Assembly (NCBI GenBank): GCA_963532425.1
Contig: CAUSKK010000013.1
Location: forward strand, 3,931-67,930
Origin: an uncultured Cardiobacteriaceae bacterium
Lineage (GTDB): Bacteria > Pseudomonadota > Gammaproteobacteria > Cardiobacteriales > Cardiobacteriaceae
Reading direction: 5' to 3'
DNA: 64,000 nucleotides
Positions 9,606 to 18,903 of this stretch are shown piece after piece (the first letter of the stretch is position 1; the number at the start of each line of letters is the position of its first letter). Position numbers and translations under genes: made by a program. The notes under the pieces are model-generated. The model saw nothing but the letters and a program-made list of their open reading frames with translations. It made no database searches and was not told the origin of the DNA.

Positions 9606-10685
9606 TTAGAGCATGTCCCGGGCGGCGCGGTAGAGGTCCTTCCAGTCGTCGCGGCCCTTGACCACCGTTTCCAGATACTCCTTCCAGACGATGGCGTCCT
9701 GTACCGGGTCCTTGACCACGGCACCGAGCAGACCGGCCATGAGGTCATCGGCCCCAAGGGCACCGTCGCCGAAGTAGGCACTCAGCGCCAGCCCGTTATT
9801 CACCACGGAAATGGCCTCGGCGGTGCTCAGGGTGCCGCTGGGGCTTTTCAGCTTGGTTTTGCGGTCGCTGGTCAGGCCGGCGCGCAGTTCGCGGAAGATG
9901 GTAACGATGCGGCGAATTTCCGCCAGGGCCGGCTTTTCCGCCGGCAGTTTCATGGTTTCCTCGTACTGTTCCACCCGGCTGCGCACAATCTCCACCTCCT
10001 CGTCCAGGGACGCCGGCAGCGGCAGTATCACCGTGTTAAAGCGCCGTTTCAGCGCGCTGGACAGGTCATTGACGCCCTTGTCGCGGTTGTTGGCGGTGGC
10101 GATGAGGTTGAAACCGCGAATGGCCTGCACCTCCTTATTCAGCTCGGGAATGGGCAAGGTTTTTTCCGAAAGAATGGTAATCAGCGTGTCCTGCACATCG
10201 GAGCCGATGCGGGTCAACTCCTCCACCCGGGCAATCTTGCCGTCCTTCATGGCCCGCATCACCGGCGTTTCCACCAGCGCGCTTTCGCTGGGGCCCTTGG
10301 CGAGCAGCTCGGCATAGTTCCAGCCGTAGCGCACGGCCTCCTCGCCGGTGCCGGCGGTGCCCTGGACCACCAGCGTGCTATCGCCGGCGACGGCGGCGCT
10401 GATGTGCTCGCTGACCCAGCTCTTCGCCGTGCCGGGCAGACCGTAGAGCAGCAGGGCCCGGTCGGTGGCCAGGGTGGCGACGGCGATTTCCATCAGCCGG
10501 CGATTGCCGATGTACTTGGGTTTAATTTGGAATTTATTGGCCAGCTTATCGCCCATGAGATAGCTCACCACCGACTGGGGCGACAGCTGCCAATTCTCGG
10601 GGATGGGGTGTTTTTCCTGTTTTTTCAGCTGGGCCAGTTCCTCAGCAAATTGCTGTTCGGCGTGTTGTCTCAGAATGTCAGACAT
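9606..10685 (-). CDS. MoxR/YehL-like AAA+ ATPase
   Basis: Walker A 'LLYGLPGTAKS', Walker B region 'IARVEELTR', 'ATANNRD' and 'LKRRF'. The 'MSDILRQ' ATG at 10685 overlaps the upstream stop (ATGTCTGA). Confidence 0.85.
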   Translation of the reverse strand: MSDILRQHAEQQFAEELAQLKKQEKHPIPENWQLSPQSVVSYLMGDKLANKFQIKPKYIGNRRLMEIAVATLATDRALLLYGLPGTAKSWVSEHISAAVAGDSTLVVQGTAGTGEEAVRYGWNYAELLAKGPSESALVETPVMRAMKDGKIARVEELTRIGSDVQDTLITILSEKTLPIPELNKEVQAIRGFNLIATANNRDKGVNDLSSALKRRFNTVILPLPASLDEEVEIVRSRVEQYEETMKLPAEKPALAEIRRIVTIFRELRAGLTSDRKTKLKSPSGTLSTAEAISVVNNGLALSAYFGDGALGADDLMAGLLGAVVKDPVQDAIVWKEYLETVVKGRDDWKDLYRAARDML

Positions 10686-12102
10686 GGTTTTTTCCTTGGT
10701 TAAAAAAATCGTCAAGCACTTGCAGTGCGTCATATTCGGCCCACAGCGGGGCCAGCGCCGGCCAATCGGCCAGCCGCCGCCGCCACTGGCGAAAAATCGG
10801 GCCCCGGTGCAGCCGGGCCGCCAGTTCCACCGCCGCCCCGGGGGCCGCCCCCAGCCGCAGCCAGCGGTGCACCATCAGCAGGGCGTAGTAGGGCCCCCAG
10901 ACCATTTCCGGCGTCAGCATGGCCGGCAAATCGTCGCGGGCCCGGCGGCCGGCGGCGGGCAGGGCTTCCAGCTGGGCCCGGGTGAACGGCGCCCCGGCGC
11001 CCAGCACCCGCTCCGGCTCGTTTAACAGGGTCAGCAGCCCCGGCACCCGGGCCGTCCAGTGCCGCACCAGGGCGTCCTGGCTGGCCGGCGGCAGCGTGCC
11101 GAAAACCCGGAGCAGGTCGCGGTTGGTGAAGAAATCCGGGGCTGTGGCGAAATAGGGCACGTGCAGGCTCGGCGGCAGCTGGCCGAGCCAGCGGTAGAAA
11201 CGGGCGGGGCTGGGGAAAATTTGGTCGCGCAGGCCCGGGTCGCGCTGCCAGAGCTGAATCAGACTAGGAATGTCCGGGCAGTGGCAGAGGGCCAGCCAGG
11301 TGGCCGGGTCCCTGACCCGGGCGGCCAGAATGCCGATGGCGTTGGGTCGGCCCAGGCCCGGTTCCGAGCGAAGCGCTTCCGGTGGCAGGGCCGCCACACG
11401 GAAGCCCACCTCGGCCCGCCGGCCGAGCCACCGGGCCAGCCCGGCCCAGCGGCGGGGCGGGTCGTAGTGGAGGGCAGCGCGTAGCCAGCGTTGCTGGCGG
11501 GCCGGGTCAAGCAGACCCACTTCGGCCCCCAGGCAGCGTTTCAGCGTCGCCCGTTCGGCCCGGTCGAGCCGGGGCCCGAGCCGCCGCAGCCAGCGCCGGT
11601 CGGCCCGGCTGAAAAAGCGGGCACTGGCAATGAGCCCAATCTGGCGCGGCTGGCCGGCCGACCGCTGCCGTTGCCAGAGGGCGTGCAGGGCCCGGCGCCA
11701 GCGGTCGCCATCGAGCCGGTGCAAAGCCCGGAGCTCGGCGAAACGTTGCGGCCGGGTCAAACCCGCGAGGCCGGCCAACGCCAGCGCCGCCGTCGACCGG
11801 GCCCGTTCCCCCCGCCGCTCGCGCTCCGGCGCCGCTAGCAGCGGCAGAAAAAGGCCGGGCCGCCGGTGAAGCGCTTCGCCGGGGCGGAAATGGAGCGTCT
11901 GCCAGTCGGCGGCGGTCAGCCGGTAGCGGTTACTACGCAGCAGCCGGGCGCCGAGCAGGCCAATGGCCGACCAGCCCCGGACCGCCTGCCAGCGCTGCCA
12001 GGCGACGCGCAGCGGCTCCGGCAGGGGTGGGGGCTCTGCTCGGCACCCGGCCACCGGGGGAAGCGCTTCGGTGCCGACGGCCCGGGGGCGGGAGGCATTC
12101 AT
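10678..12102 (-). CDS. hypothetical 474-aa Arg/Trp/Leu-rich protein (operon member, no recognisable motif)
   Basis: Long ORF that is start/stop-coupled to both neighbours. Contains in-frame copies of the palindrome as E-A-L. I recognise no domain. Confidence 0.6.
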   Translation of the reverse strand: MNASRPRAVGTEALPPVAGCRAEPPPLPEPLRVAWQRWQAVRGWSAIGLLGARLLRSNRYRLTAADWQTLHFRPGEALHRRPGLFLPLLAAPERERRGERARSTAALALAGLAGLTRPQRFAELRALHRLDGDRWRRALHALWQRQRSAGQPRQIGLIASARFFSRADRRWLRRLGPRLDRAERATLKRCLGAEVGLLDPARQQRWLRAALHYDPPRRWAGLARWLGRRAEVGFRVAALPPEALRSEPGLGRPNAIGILAARVRDPATWLALCHCPDIPSLIQLWQRDPGLRDQIFPSPARFYRWLGQLPPSLHVPYFATAPDFFTNRDLLRVFGTLPPASQDALVRHWTARVPGLLTLLNEPERVLGAGAPFTRAQLEALPAAGRRARDDLPAMLTPEMVWGPYYALLMVHRWLRLGAAPGAAVELAARLHRGPIFRQWRRRLADWPALAPLWAEYDALQVLDDFFNQGKNHV

Positions 12103-12110
12103 GGGGGCGG

Positions 12111-13793
12111 CTAGGCCTTCGCGGCCAGGGCGTCATCGAATTGCAGGCGCGATTCGTAGAAGGCCAGCACCCGGCCGAAGCTGTCGAGCAGCTGGCGCTC
12201 CTGCATCATTTGGCGCACCTGGGCGCTGTTACCCCCGCCGACCTCGGCCAGGTCGTCGGCGGGCTGGGGCGCCGGCGGCTGTTCCCGGAAGGCCACCGCC
12301 AGGGCGCGCAGGGTCGGGCTGGCGCTCAGCCGTAGGGCCGCATAACGCTGCTGGCTGTGCTGGTAATAGAAATAACTGTCGCAGTGGCGAACGGTATAGA
12401 GAACCAGCAGCGAATAGCGTTCACCCCAGGGCTCGCCGGTGTCGTCATTGAAATCCGTCAGCAGGCTAAAGTCCATATTTTCCCAGCGCCGGGCCGCCGC
12501 CGAGTGGCCGAGGAAAAACTCCTCGGGCCGCTGGAAGAACAGCTTCAGGTGGGGATTGTGTTCGGCCTGGGCGGCCAGCACCCGTTCACGCTGGGCGCTG
12601 TTGAGCTGCTTCAGGAGCCACAGGTTATTGTCCTTGTAGTGGCCCATCGTCGGCTGCCGGCTGAGATATTCCACCAGAAAGGCCGTGCCCAGTTCGCTGA
12701 GCCAGCCGTGGTAGCTCTGGCTGCTCGTCAGCCAGCCGTGTTCAAAATAGCGCTGGGCCAGCGGCGTGCGAATCAGAGTTTCGGCCAGTTCGGCCACGTC
12801 CGCGCTGTGGGTCATTTCCAGCCAGAATTCCAGCCGGTGGACGCGGTGAATCAGCTGGCGGCGCAGGAAGTTATCGTCGCTCTCATTTTTATCGCTGCTG
12901 ATTTCCTCCAGTCCCAGCGCCTTCATCTCCTTGCTGAAGGCCAGCGGCGTCATGTGCCAACCGGCCTTGTCATGGCTGAGCGTCTGCCGAAGCCAGCCCT
13001 CCAGCGCCCGGGTGCTGGCGCTGTCCGGCAGCCGGGCCAGCAGAAGGCCGGCCGTCTCGCGCACGTTGCTGGAACGGTCCTTCAGGCAGGCTTCGATGAA
13101 GGGAGCGTCGGCCGGACTAAGGTTGTTCCGCAGCAGCTCCAGATAGGCCAGCCGGTGATTGGCCGGGGCCCCCTTCCAAATCTCCTCCACCCGGAGCCGG
13201 GCCGCCTCGGGATTTTCCCGGCGCAGGCTGCTGAGATGGGCGCGGCGACCGCTGAAATCCAGCTCCAGCAGCGGGTCGGCGTCCGGGGCCGGCGTGGTGG
13301 GGGCGCTGCCCAGCTCGGTGCGCAGGTCGTTCGGCAGTTCGGCGCCAAGCTGGGTCAGCAGCCAGCGGCCCCGGTCGTCCAGCAGGTCGAGCCGACCCTT
13401 GAGCCGTTTCACTTCGCCGCGCAGGAGCAGCCGTTGCAGGCTGGCTTCGTCCAGACAATGGCCACTCCGTTTCAGGGTCGCCAGGGCGTAATCGAGATAG
13501 TCGCGCTCGTCCTGTTCGAGCCAGGCGGTCAGCACCCGTCGGGCCGGGGCCGGCAGCACCCGGCCGTCCGGGGCCGGGGCCGGTGGTATCGGCTGCCAAT
13601 CATCCTGATGGGTTTCCAGCCGGGCGCCGCTGCGGTCGGAGCCGTAGGCCAGGGCCAGCAGGTCATAGGCCCGGGGCAGCGCTTCGGCCGGGGGCAGCCG
13701 GGCCACGGCTTCGGCCAGCGGGGGCGGGGGCGGCGGCAGGGGACCGGCGTCGAGGCCCATCAGGGCAGCATTGAATAGTTGGGGATTAAGCAT
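12111..13793 (-). CDS. hypothetical 561-aa helical protein, possibly DUF5691-like
   Basis: ATG 13793 ('MLNPQLFNAALMG') overlaps the SWIM gene stop (ATGCTTAA). 'LKDRSSNVRETAGLLLARLPDS' is HEAT-like. The DUF5691 assignment is from memory of SWIM-adjacent genes only. Confidence 0.6.
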   Translation of the reverse strand: MLNPQLFNAALMGLDAGPLPPPPPPLAEAVARLPPAEALPRAYDLLALAYGSDRSGARLETHQDDWQPIPPAPAPDGRVLPAPARRVLTAWLEQDERDYLDYALATLKRSGHCLDEASLQRLLLRGEVKRLKGRLDLLDDRGRWLLTQLGAELPNDLRTELGSAPTTPAPDADPLLELDFSGRRAHLSSLRRENPEAARLRVEEIWKGAPANHRLAYLELLRNNLSPADAPFIEACLKDRSSNVRETAGLLLARLPDSASTRALEGWLRQTLSHDKAGWHMTPLAFSKEMKALGLEEISSDKNESDDNFLRRQLIHRVHRLEFWLEMTHSADVAELAETLIRTPLAQRYFEHGWLTSSQSYHGWLSELGTAFLVEYLSRQPTMGHYKDNNLWLLKQLNSAQRERVLAAQAEHNPHLKLFFQRPEEFFLGHSAAARRWENMDFSLLTDFNDDTGEPWGERYSLLVLYTVRHCDSYFYYQHSQQRYAALRLSASPTLRALAVAFREQPPAPQPADDLAEVGGGNSAQVRQMMQERQLLDSFGRVLAFYESRLQFDDALAAKA

Positions 13794-15090
13794 GGGCGGC
13801 CTCCGGCAGGAAGGACAGCAGCCGATTGCGGCCGTCGTTGAAGTTGTGCAGCACAAAGGCCGTGCCGGCCCGGCCGCCGCTGCTGGCCAGCAGCTGGATT
13901 TTTTCGTTTGGATTCAGGGCCAGGGGCAGGACCTGCTGGCCGTCGCTGAGGCCGCCGGCCTCGCCGCGCTGCACATAGTGCACGCCGCGCAGCCACAGGG
14001 GCCAATGGTTCAGAAAGGGATTGGCGGCGATGGCCTGCTGGGCCCCGGCCCAGGTTTCTTGCAGCGGCTCGGCCGGGGCGGCCAGGGGAAGCGCTTCCTC
14101 GTTGAAGTTCAGGGTTTTCGGCAGGGCGCGCAGCGGGTTGATGCCGGCATAGAAACACAGTTCGGCGTCATAGTGGGTGCCCACGGCCAGCGGCGGCAGC
14201 GCCGGCGGGACGTTGTTCATGGTGAAATCCAGCAGCAGGGCGAAGCGCTTCGTTTCCAGGCCGAAGAGATAGTAATGAAGGGAGGTGCCGCGCTGCTGTT
14301 CCAGTTCCAGCCGGCCCACCACCCGCCAGCGGTCGGCGACGGCAGCCCCGGCCAATATCTCCTCCTTGGCCTGCGGGAAGCCGAGGCGGGTTTTGATTTC
14401 CGCCTGCCAGGCCGGGCTCAGCTGTTCCTGGTTGGCATAGCTGCGCGCGAGCAGATGGAGCTTGCTCAGGCCGTAGAGCAATTCCTCCTGTTGGCCGGCC
14501 GGCAGCAGGGCCAGCCGTTGCAGCTCCTGGGCCAGCGGCGCCAGCTGGGCATCGACCAGCCGTTTGGCCATGGCCGGGAAGGCTTCGCCGCGCTGGTTGT
14601 CGGTGTGAATGATGCCGTTGCGCAGCAAATCCTGCAGCCACAGCTGCAAATCGGCGAGGCCGGCACTGACCTTCTTGGCCCGGGCGGCGGCGGTTTTCTG
14701 CTGCTGTTTCGGGTCGGCGGCCTTGCTGGCCTTGGCTTCGGCCCGGGCGGCCTTGGCCTCCTGGGCGCTGCTGCGTTTATCCAGCCAGGCCTGCACCCAG
14801 TCGGGGCTTTCCGCAGCCATGATTTTTTCCGGGTTGGCGCTGGCCACCTGGAGCAGGGAAAGGGCGTGTTTACAGGGGAATTTGCGGCTGGGACAGCTGC
14901 ATTTGCTCACCAAATCGCCGGCGGCGATAACGGTTTGATAGGGATTTTTGCCACTGCCTTTGCACAGACCCCAGAGGGCGGCGTCGTTGCCGCCGAGCAG
15001 CTGCCATTTGCCGGCCAGGCCCCGGGCGGCACTGATGGAGGCGCTGTCGGGCGCCAGTTGATTGATTTGTTCCGTACTTAAGCTAATCAT
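13786..15090 (-). CDS. SWIM zinc-finger protein
   Basis: 'CSCPSRKFPCKHALSLL' matches the CxCx(n)CxH SWIM signature. GAGGA RBS upstream of ATG 15090. First gene of the operon. Confidence 0.85.
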   Translation of the reverse strand: MISLSTEQINQLAPDSASISAARGLAGKWQLLGGNDAALWGLCKGSGKNPYQTVIAAGDLVSKCSCPSRKFPCKHALSLLQVASANPEKIMAAESPDWVQAWLDKRSSAQEAKAARAEAKASKAADPKQQQKTAAARAKKVSAGLADLQLWLQDLLRNGIIHTDNQRGEAFPAMAKRLVDAQLAPLAQELQRLALLPAGQQEELLYGLSKLHLLARSYANQEQLSPAWQAEIKTRLGFPQAKEEILAGAAVADRWRVVGRLELEQQRGTSLHYYLFGLETKRFALLLDFTMNNVPPALPPLAVGTHYDAELCFYAGINPLRALPKTLNFNEEALPLAAPAEPLQETWAGAQQAIAANPFLNHWPLWLRGVHYVQRGEAGGLSDGQQVLPLALNPNEKIQLLASSGGRAGTAFVLHNFNDGRNRLLSFLPEAAHA

Positions 15091-15204
15091 TTTTTCCTCG
15101 CTCTAAAAAACGCTTCATCCTTTTTCCTTACACTAAAAAACCCGGTTGAACTCGTTCCGGGGGCCTATTCTGCCATTAAAATCGGGGCTTTTTCGGAGGT
15201 TTTT

Positions 15205-16029
15205 ATGGCCGGAACGCTCTATGTGGTGGCCACGCCCATCGGCAATCTCAATGACATTTCGCCCCGGGCCCTGGAGGTGCTGCGCCGGGTGGACCTCATC
15301 GCCTGCGAGGACACGCGCCACAGCCAACATCTGCTCGGCCACTATGCCATTCGCCAGCCGCTGCTGGCCCTGCACCAGCACAACGAGCGCGCCAACGGCG
15401 AAGCGCTGCTGCGGCGGCTGGAGGCCGGCGAAAGTGTGGCGCTGATTTCCGATGCCGGCACGCCGCTCATCTCCGACCCGGGCCACAGCCTGACCGCCCG
15501 GGCCCTGGAACGGGGCCTCCGGGTGGTGCCGGTGGTGGGGCCGAGCAGCGTCATGGCCGCCCTCAGCGTCGCCGGCCTGCCGGCCGATAGCTTTGTGTTT
15601 GCGGGCTTCATTCCGAGTAAGGCCGGTGAACGGGAGCGCTTCCTCGCTGACTATCGCCGCGAAACCCGCACCAGCGTTTTCTTTGAAACCCCCCACCGCA
15701 TCGCCGCCAGTCTGACCGCCCTGGCCGCCGTCCTCGGTCCGGAACGGCTACTGGTCATCGGCCGCGAGCTGACCAAACAGTTTGAGGAAATCGTGCGCCT
15801 GCCCCTGGGCGAAGCGCTGCCCTGGTTGCAGGCCGACCCGAACCGCAGCCGGGGCGAATTTGTGCTGGTGCTGGCCGGCGCCGTAACGGTGGCCGAACCC
15901 TGGGAGGAGCTGGCCCGGGCGTTGCGGGCCGAGGGGCTGGGGGCGAAAACCATCAGCGCCCTGCTCGCCCAGCATCTCGGCGCCAACAAAAAGGCGGTCT
16001 ATCAATATCTGCTCGACCGGGCCGACTAA
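15205..16029 (+). CDS. rsmI: 16S rRNA (cytidine1402-2'-O)-methyltransferase
   Basis: 'LYVVATPIGNLNDISPRALEVL..VDLIACEDTRHS' is the RsmI/tetrapyrrole-methylase-fold N-terminus. GGAGG RBS. Confidence 0.92.
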   Translation: MAGTLYVVATPIGNLNDISPRALEVLRRVDLIACEDTRHSQHLLGHYAIRQPLLALHQHNERANGEALLRRLEAGESVALISDAGTPLISDPGHSLTARALERGLRVVPVVGPSSVMAALSVAGLPADSFVFAGFIPSKAGERERFLADYRRETRTSVFFETPHRIAASLTALAAVLGPERLLVIGRELTKQFEEIVRLPLGEALPWLQADPNRSRGEFVLVLAGAVTVAEPWEELARALRAEGLGAKTISALLAQHLGANKKAVYQYLLDRAD

Positions 16030-16112
16030 CGTTCCGTTTAAGCCCGGCTAAGCAATGGTCTGTCCATTTGGCGCTACAATCGCCGCCTGTTTTTTAACCA
16101 GGATTATTAATC

Positions 16113-16520
16113 ATGAACTGTCCCCTGAAACGTTTTCTCGCCCCCTACCAGGCCCAAATTCTGTCGCTGCTGCGCCTGGTGGCGGCCTATGCCTTCTTCC
16201 TCCACGGCACCGCCAAGGTCTTCGGCTTCCCCGTCAGCATGGGCAACGCCCCCTTCAACTGGGCCTCGCTGATGGGCGTGGCGGCGGCGCTGGAACTGGT
16301 CGGCGGCGCCCTGCTCTTCGTCGGCCTGTTCACCCGGCCGGTGGCCTTCCTGCTCTCCGGACAGATGGCCGTGGCCTACTTTATGGCCCATTTCTCCCTC
16401 TACCCGCTGGCCAAGGGCGGCGAAGCGGCCCTGCTGTTTAGTCTGGTCTTCCTCTATTTCGCCAGCGCCGGCGGCGGCGCCTGGAGCCTCGACCGGCTCT
16501 GCTGCCGCAGCCACGCCTAA
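16113..16520 (+). CDS. DoxX-family membrane protein
   Basis: 135 aa, four hydrophobic segments, 'LLRLV.A..F..HG..K.FG' DoxX-like N-terminus. Confidence 0.75.
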   Translation: MNCPLKRFLAPYQAQILSLLRLVAAYAFFLHGTAKVFGFPVSMGNAPFNWASLMGVAAALELVGGALLFVGLFTRPVAFLLSGQMAVAYFMAHFSLYPLAKGGEAALLFSLVFLYFASAGGGAWSLDRLCCRSHA

Positions 16521-16524
16521 ATAA

Positions 16525-16960
16525 AGAAGCGGTTGCTGCGCGGCGGTGCCGCTTGCCGCACTTCTTCGCCACTGCGTGGCTTCGAAGCGGTTGCTTCGCG
16601 GCGGTGCCGCTTGCTGCACTTCTTCGCCACTACGTGGCTCCGAAGCGCTTCGTTGGAAGCGCTTCGCTAACGCCCCCATTTTCAGCAACTGGGCCAGGGC
16701 CCGCTCTAGCCATTCCAGAATCGAAGCGCTCCCCCGGGGCCGCTTCCCAACCGAAGCGCTTCGGTCTAACCGGCCGAGCCGGTCGAAGCGGTGGCCGTTG
16801 CTAGGCAGCTACTCGACGAGGCCTCGTTGGCTTGCTGCATTTCCCTCTTCGCTAAATAACGAAGCCCTTCGGTTCGATGTTTAGGAGGCCGAAGCGGTTG
16901 CTGCGCGGCGTTGCCGCTTGCTGCGCTTCCTCGCCACTGCGTGGCTCCGAAGCGCTCCCC
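16525..16960. repeat. array B: 58-bp element (2 tandem copies plus 1 dispersed) mixed with GAAGCGCTTC copies
   Basis: Units at 16525-16582, 16583-16640 and 16891-16948 share 'GAAGCGGTTGCTGCGCGGCGGTGCCGCTTGC.GCACTTCTTCGCCACTGCGTGGCT'. Three exact and five variant palindromes. Confidence 0.85.
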
Positions 16961-16976
16961 TTCCCAGCAACCGGCA

Positions 16977-17000
16977 TAAAAAAACCGCCCGGAGGCGGTT
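16977..17000 (-). terminator. intrinsic terminator after the gldG/DUF4340 pair
   Basis: The minus strand reads AACCGCC-TCCG-GGCGGTT followed by T7, just after the stop at 17007. Confidence 0.75.
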
Positions 17001-17006
17001 CAGGGG

Positions 17007-17519
17007 TTAGGGCAATTTCTCCCGCTGTAGCGGCGACAGCTGATTCTTTTCCACAGGCAAAGGTAGCCAATCTTCCCGCTTTGTGCTCAGCACGCTGTAG
17101 AGCTCCGGCCGGCAGAGGAAGGCGTGCTGGCCGTCGCTGATGAGATAGCGCTGGCTAACCGGATTGTAGGCGCGCACCTCAAAGCGGCGCTCGTCGATGC
17201 TGAAGGCCAGCTTCGGCAGGCTGGCCTCGGGATTTTCCGTAATGGCCGCCAGCGGATAGCGGCCGTCGCAGTAGCTGCGCAGGCGCTCAAACAGGGTGGC
17301 GATGCGCTCGGCGTCCACCGGCGCCCCGTCCAGCTGCCAGCGGCCGTCGACGCGCTGGAAATGCAGGCTTTCGCCATTGTCCAGGGTCAGCGTCTGTACC
17401 AGCGGCGGCAGCTGCACCAGCGCCGTCGGGGCCGGCCAGAAAATCCACAGCCCATTAATCAGGGTCAGCAGCAGCAGCAGCAGGGCCAGCCGGGCCCAGC
17501 GGTTGGCGGGCCGCTTCAC
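17007..17519 (-). CDS. DUF4340-like membrane-anchored protein
   Basis: N-terminal anchor 'RWARLALLLLLLTLINGLW'. The probable GTG start at 17519 overlaps the gldG-like stop (GTGA); the ORF track starts at 17552, also GTG. The family call rests on position after a GldG-like gene. Confidence 0.55.
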   Translation of the reverse strand: MKRPANRWARLALLLLLLTLINGLWIFWPAPTALVQLPPLVQTLTLDNGESLHFQRVDGRWQLDGAPVDAERIATLFERLRSYCDGRYPLAAITENPEASLPKLAFSIDERRFEVRAYNPVSQRYLISDGQHAFLCRPELYSVLSTKREDWLPLPVEKNQLSPLQREKLP

Positions 17520-18844
17520 CGGGCCTCCCGCCACGGTCGGTCGCGCCACCACAGGCCCAGGGCCAGAACCAGCGGCGCCAGGCCGAGGCCGAACAGCACC
17601 AGGGCCAGGGCCAGCAGGGGTTCATCGCCCAGGGTGATGAACTGGTCGGGCCGTTCGCTGACGATGATTTTATTGACCGCCGCCGGCCGCAGCTCGGCAA
17701 TGAGATTGTTGAGCAGCTCGCCATTGCCGCCCAGGGGCAGATAGGCGGCGCTGGCCCAGTCGCTGTCGCCGAGAATGACGATGTGCTGCTGGCGGCCCGG
17801 CTCCCGGGGGTGGGCCCGGCTCAGCAGCCAGCCCAGGGGCAGGGGCCCGCGCCGGTCGCCCGCGTCGAATTTCACCGTGGCCGCGCCGACGTCGCCGCTT
17901 TCGGCCCAGCTTTTGTCGTCTGACCAGAGCAGCACCGTGCGCTGCCAGGCACTGTCGCCGTCCTTGAGCAGGGCCACGGCGCCGGGCAGCAGCGGCGAGC
18001 GGCTCAGACTGCGGGTGATGGCCGTGTCGCCGAGCTCCTCCACCACGAGAAACTGCGGATTGTCGAGGCCGAAGCCGGCGCTTTTGGCGCTGACCAGGGT
18101 GCCGGGCACGATGGTTAGGCCGCTGATTTTCCGGAGAAATTCCGGCAGGTAGCGCTTGCTGCTGTCGGTGCTGTAGAGCAGATTCACGCCCCGGTCGAGG
18201 GCGGCGGCCAGGCGGGCCTGGTCGGCGGCGGGAATGGGGTCGGGGTCGGCGATGACGAGCAGGTCGCTGTTGTCCGGCAGCGGCCCACTGCTGAGCTCAA
18301 AGGGGGCGCTGGCCACATCGCCATCGCGCAGCCGCTGGTAGAGGGCGCGCCAGCCGTCGGCGCTGTCGCTGAGATAGGCCCGTTCGCCGTGGCCCTGCAG
18401 ATGCACCACAAAGCCGGCGGCCGGGGCGGCGCTGTCGAGGAGTACGCGCAGCAGGGCCGGCAGGCTGGGAATTTCGATTTTCTGGCCGCGCTCCCCCACC
18501 TGCACATAGATTTGCCCCTCGGCGGTGATGTTGTGGGCGGCGGCGGCCAGCGGGTTCAGGTCGGGATTGATAAAAACTTCTTCCATATTCGGAAGATAGC
18601 CCTTCAGCGGCCGCAGCAGATTCTGCAGGGCCCGGCGCAGGGGCGGGTGATTGCGGGCGTAGATTTCCACCCGCACCGGTGGCAGAGCCCGAAGCGCTTC
18701 GCGCTGGGCCGGGGTTAGGGTCAGGCGCTCCTGGGCCCGCCATTCCCAGTGCTGGGACTGGCGCAGAATCAGATAGTTACTGCTGAGGCTGAAGAGGGCC
18801 AGAATCCCCAGAAACAGCCATTTTTTCCCTCGGGACATAGGCAT
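17516..18844 (-). CDS. GldG-like ABC-transport auxiliary protein
   Basis: 442 aa with N- and C-terminal TM helices flanking a large domain. 'V.IY......P......L..LL..Y' and 'HLQGHGE' resemble the GldG family. Confidence 0.6.
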   Translation of the reverse strand: MPMSRGKKWLFLGILALFSLSSNYLILRQSQHWEWRAQERLTLTPAQREALRALPPVRVEIYARNHPPLRRALQNLLRPLKGYLPNMEEVFINPDLNPLAAAAHNITAEGQIYVQVGERGQKIEIPSLPALLRVLLDSAAPAAGFVVHLQGHGERAYLSDSADGWRALYQRLRDGDVASAPFELSSGPLPDNSDLLVIADPDPIPAADQARLAAALDRGVNLLYSTDSSKRYLPEFLRKISGLTIVPGTLVSAKSAGFGLDNPQFLVVEELGDTAITRSLSRSPLLPGAVALLKDGDSAWQRTVLLWSDDKSWAESGDVGAATVKFDAGDRRGPLPLGWLLSRAHPREPGRQQHIVILGDSDWASAAYLPLGGNGELLNNLIAELRPAAVNKIIVSERPDQFITLGDEPLLALALVLFGLGLAPLVLALGLWWRDRPWREAR

Positions 18845-18903
18845 TTTCCAAATGGGCGGATTATAAGGGCTAGAATATTTTTTTCCGTTTTCATGAGGTT
18901 ACT

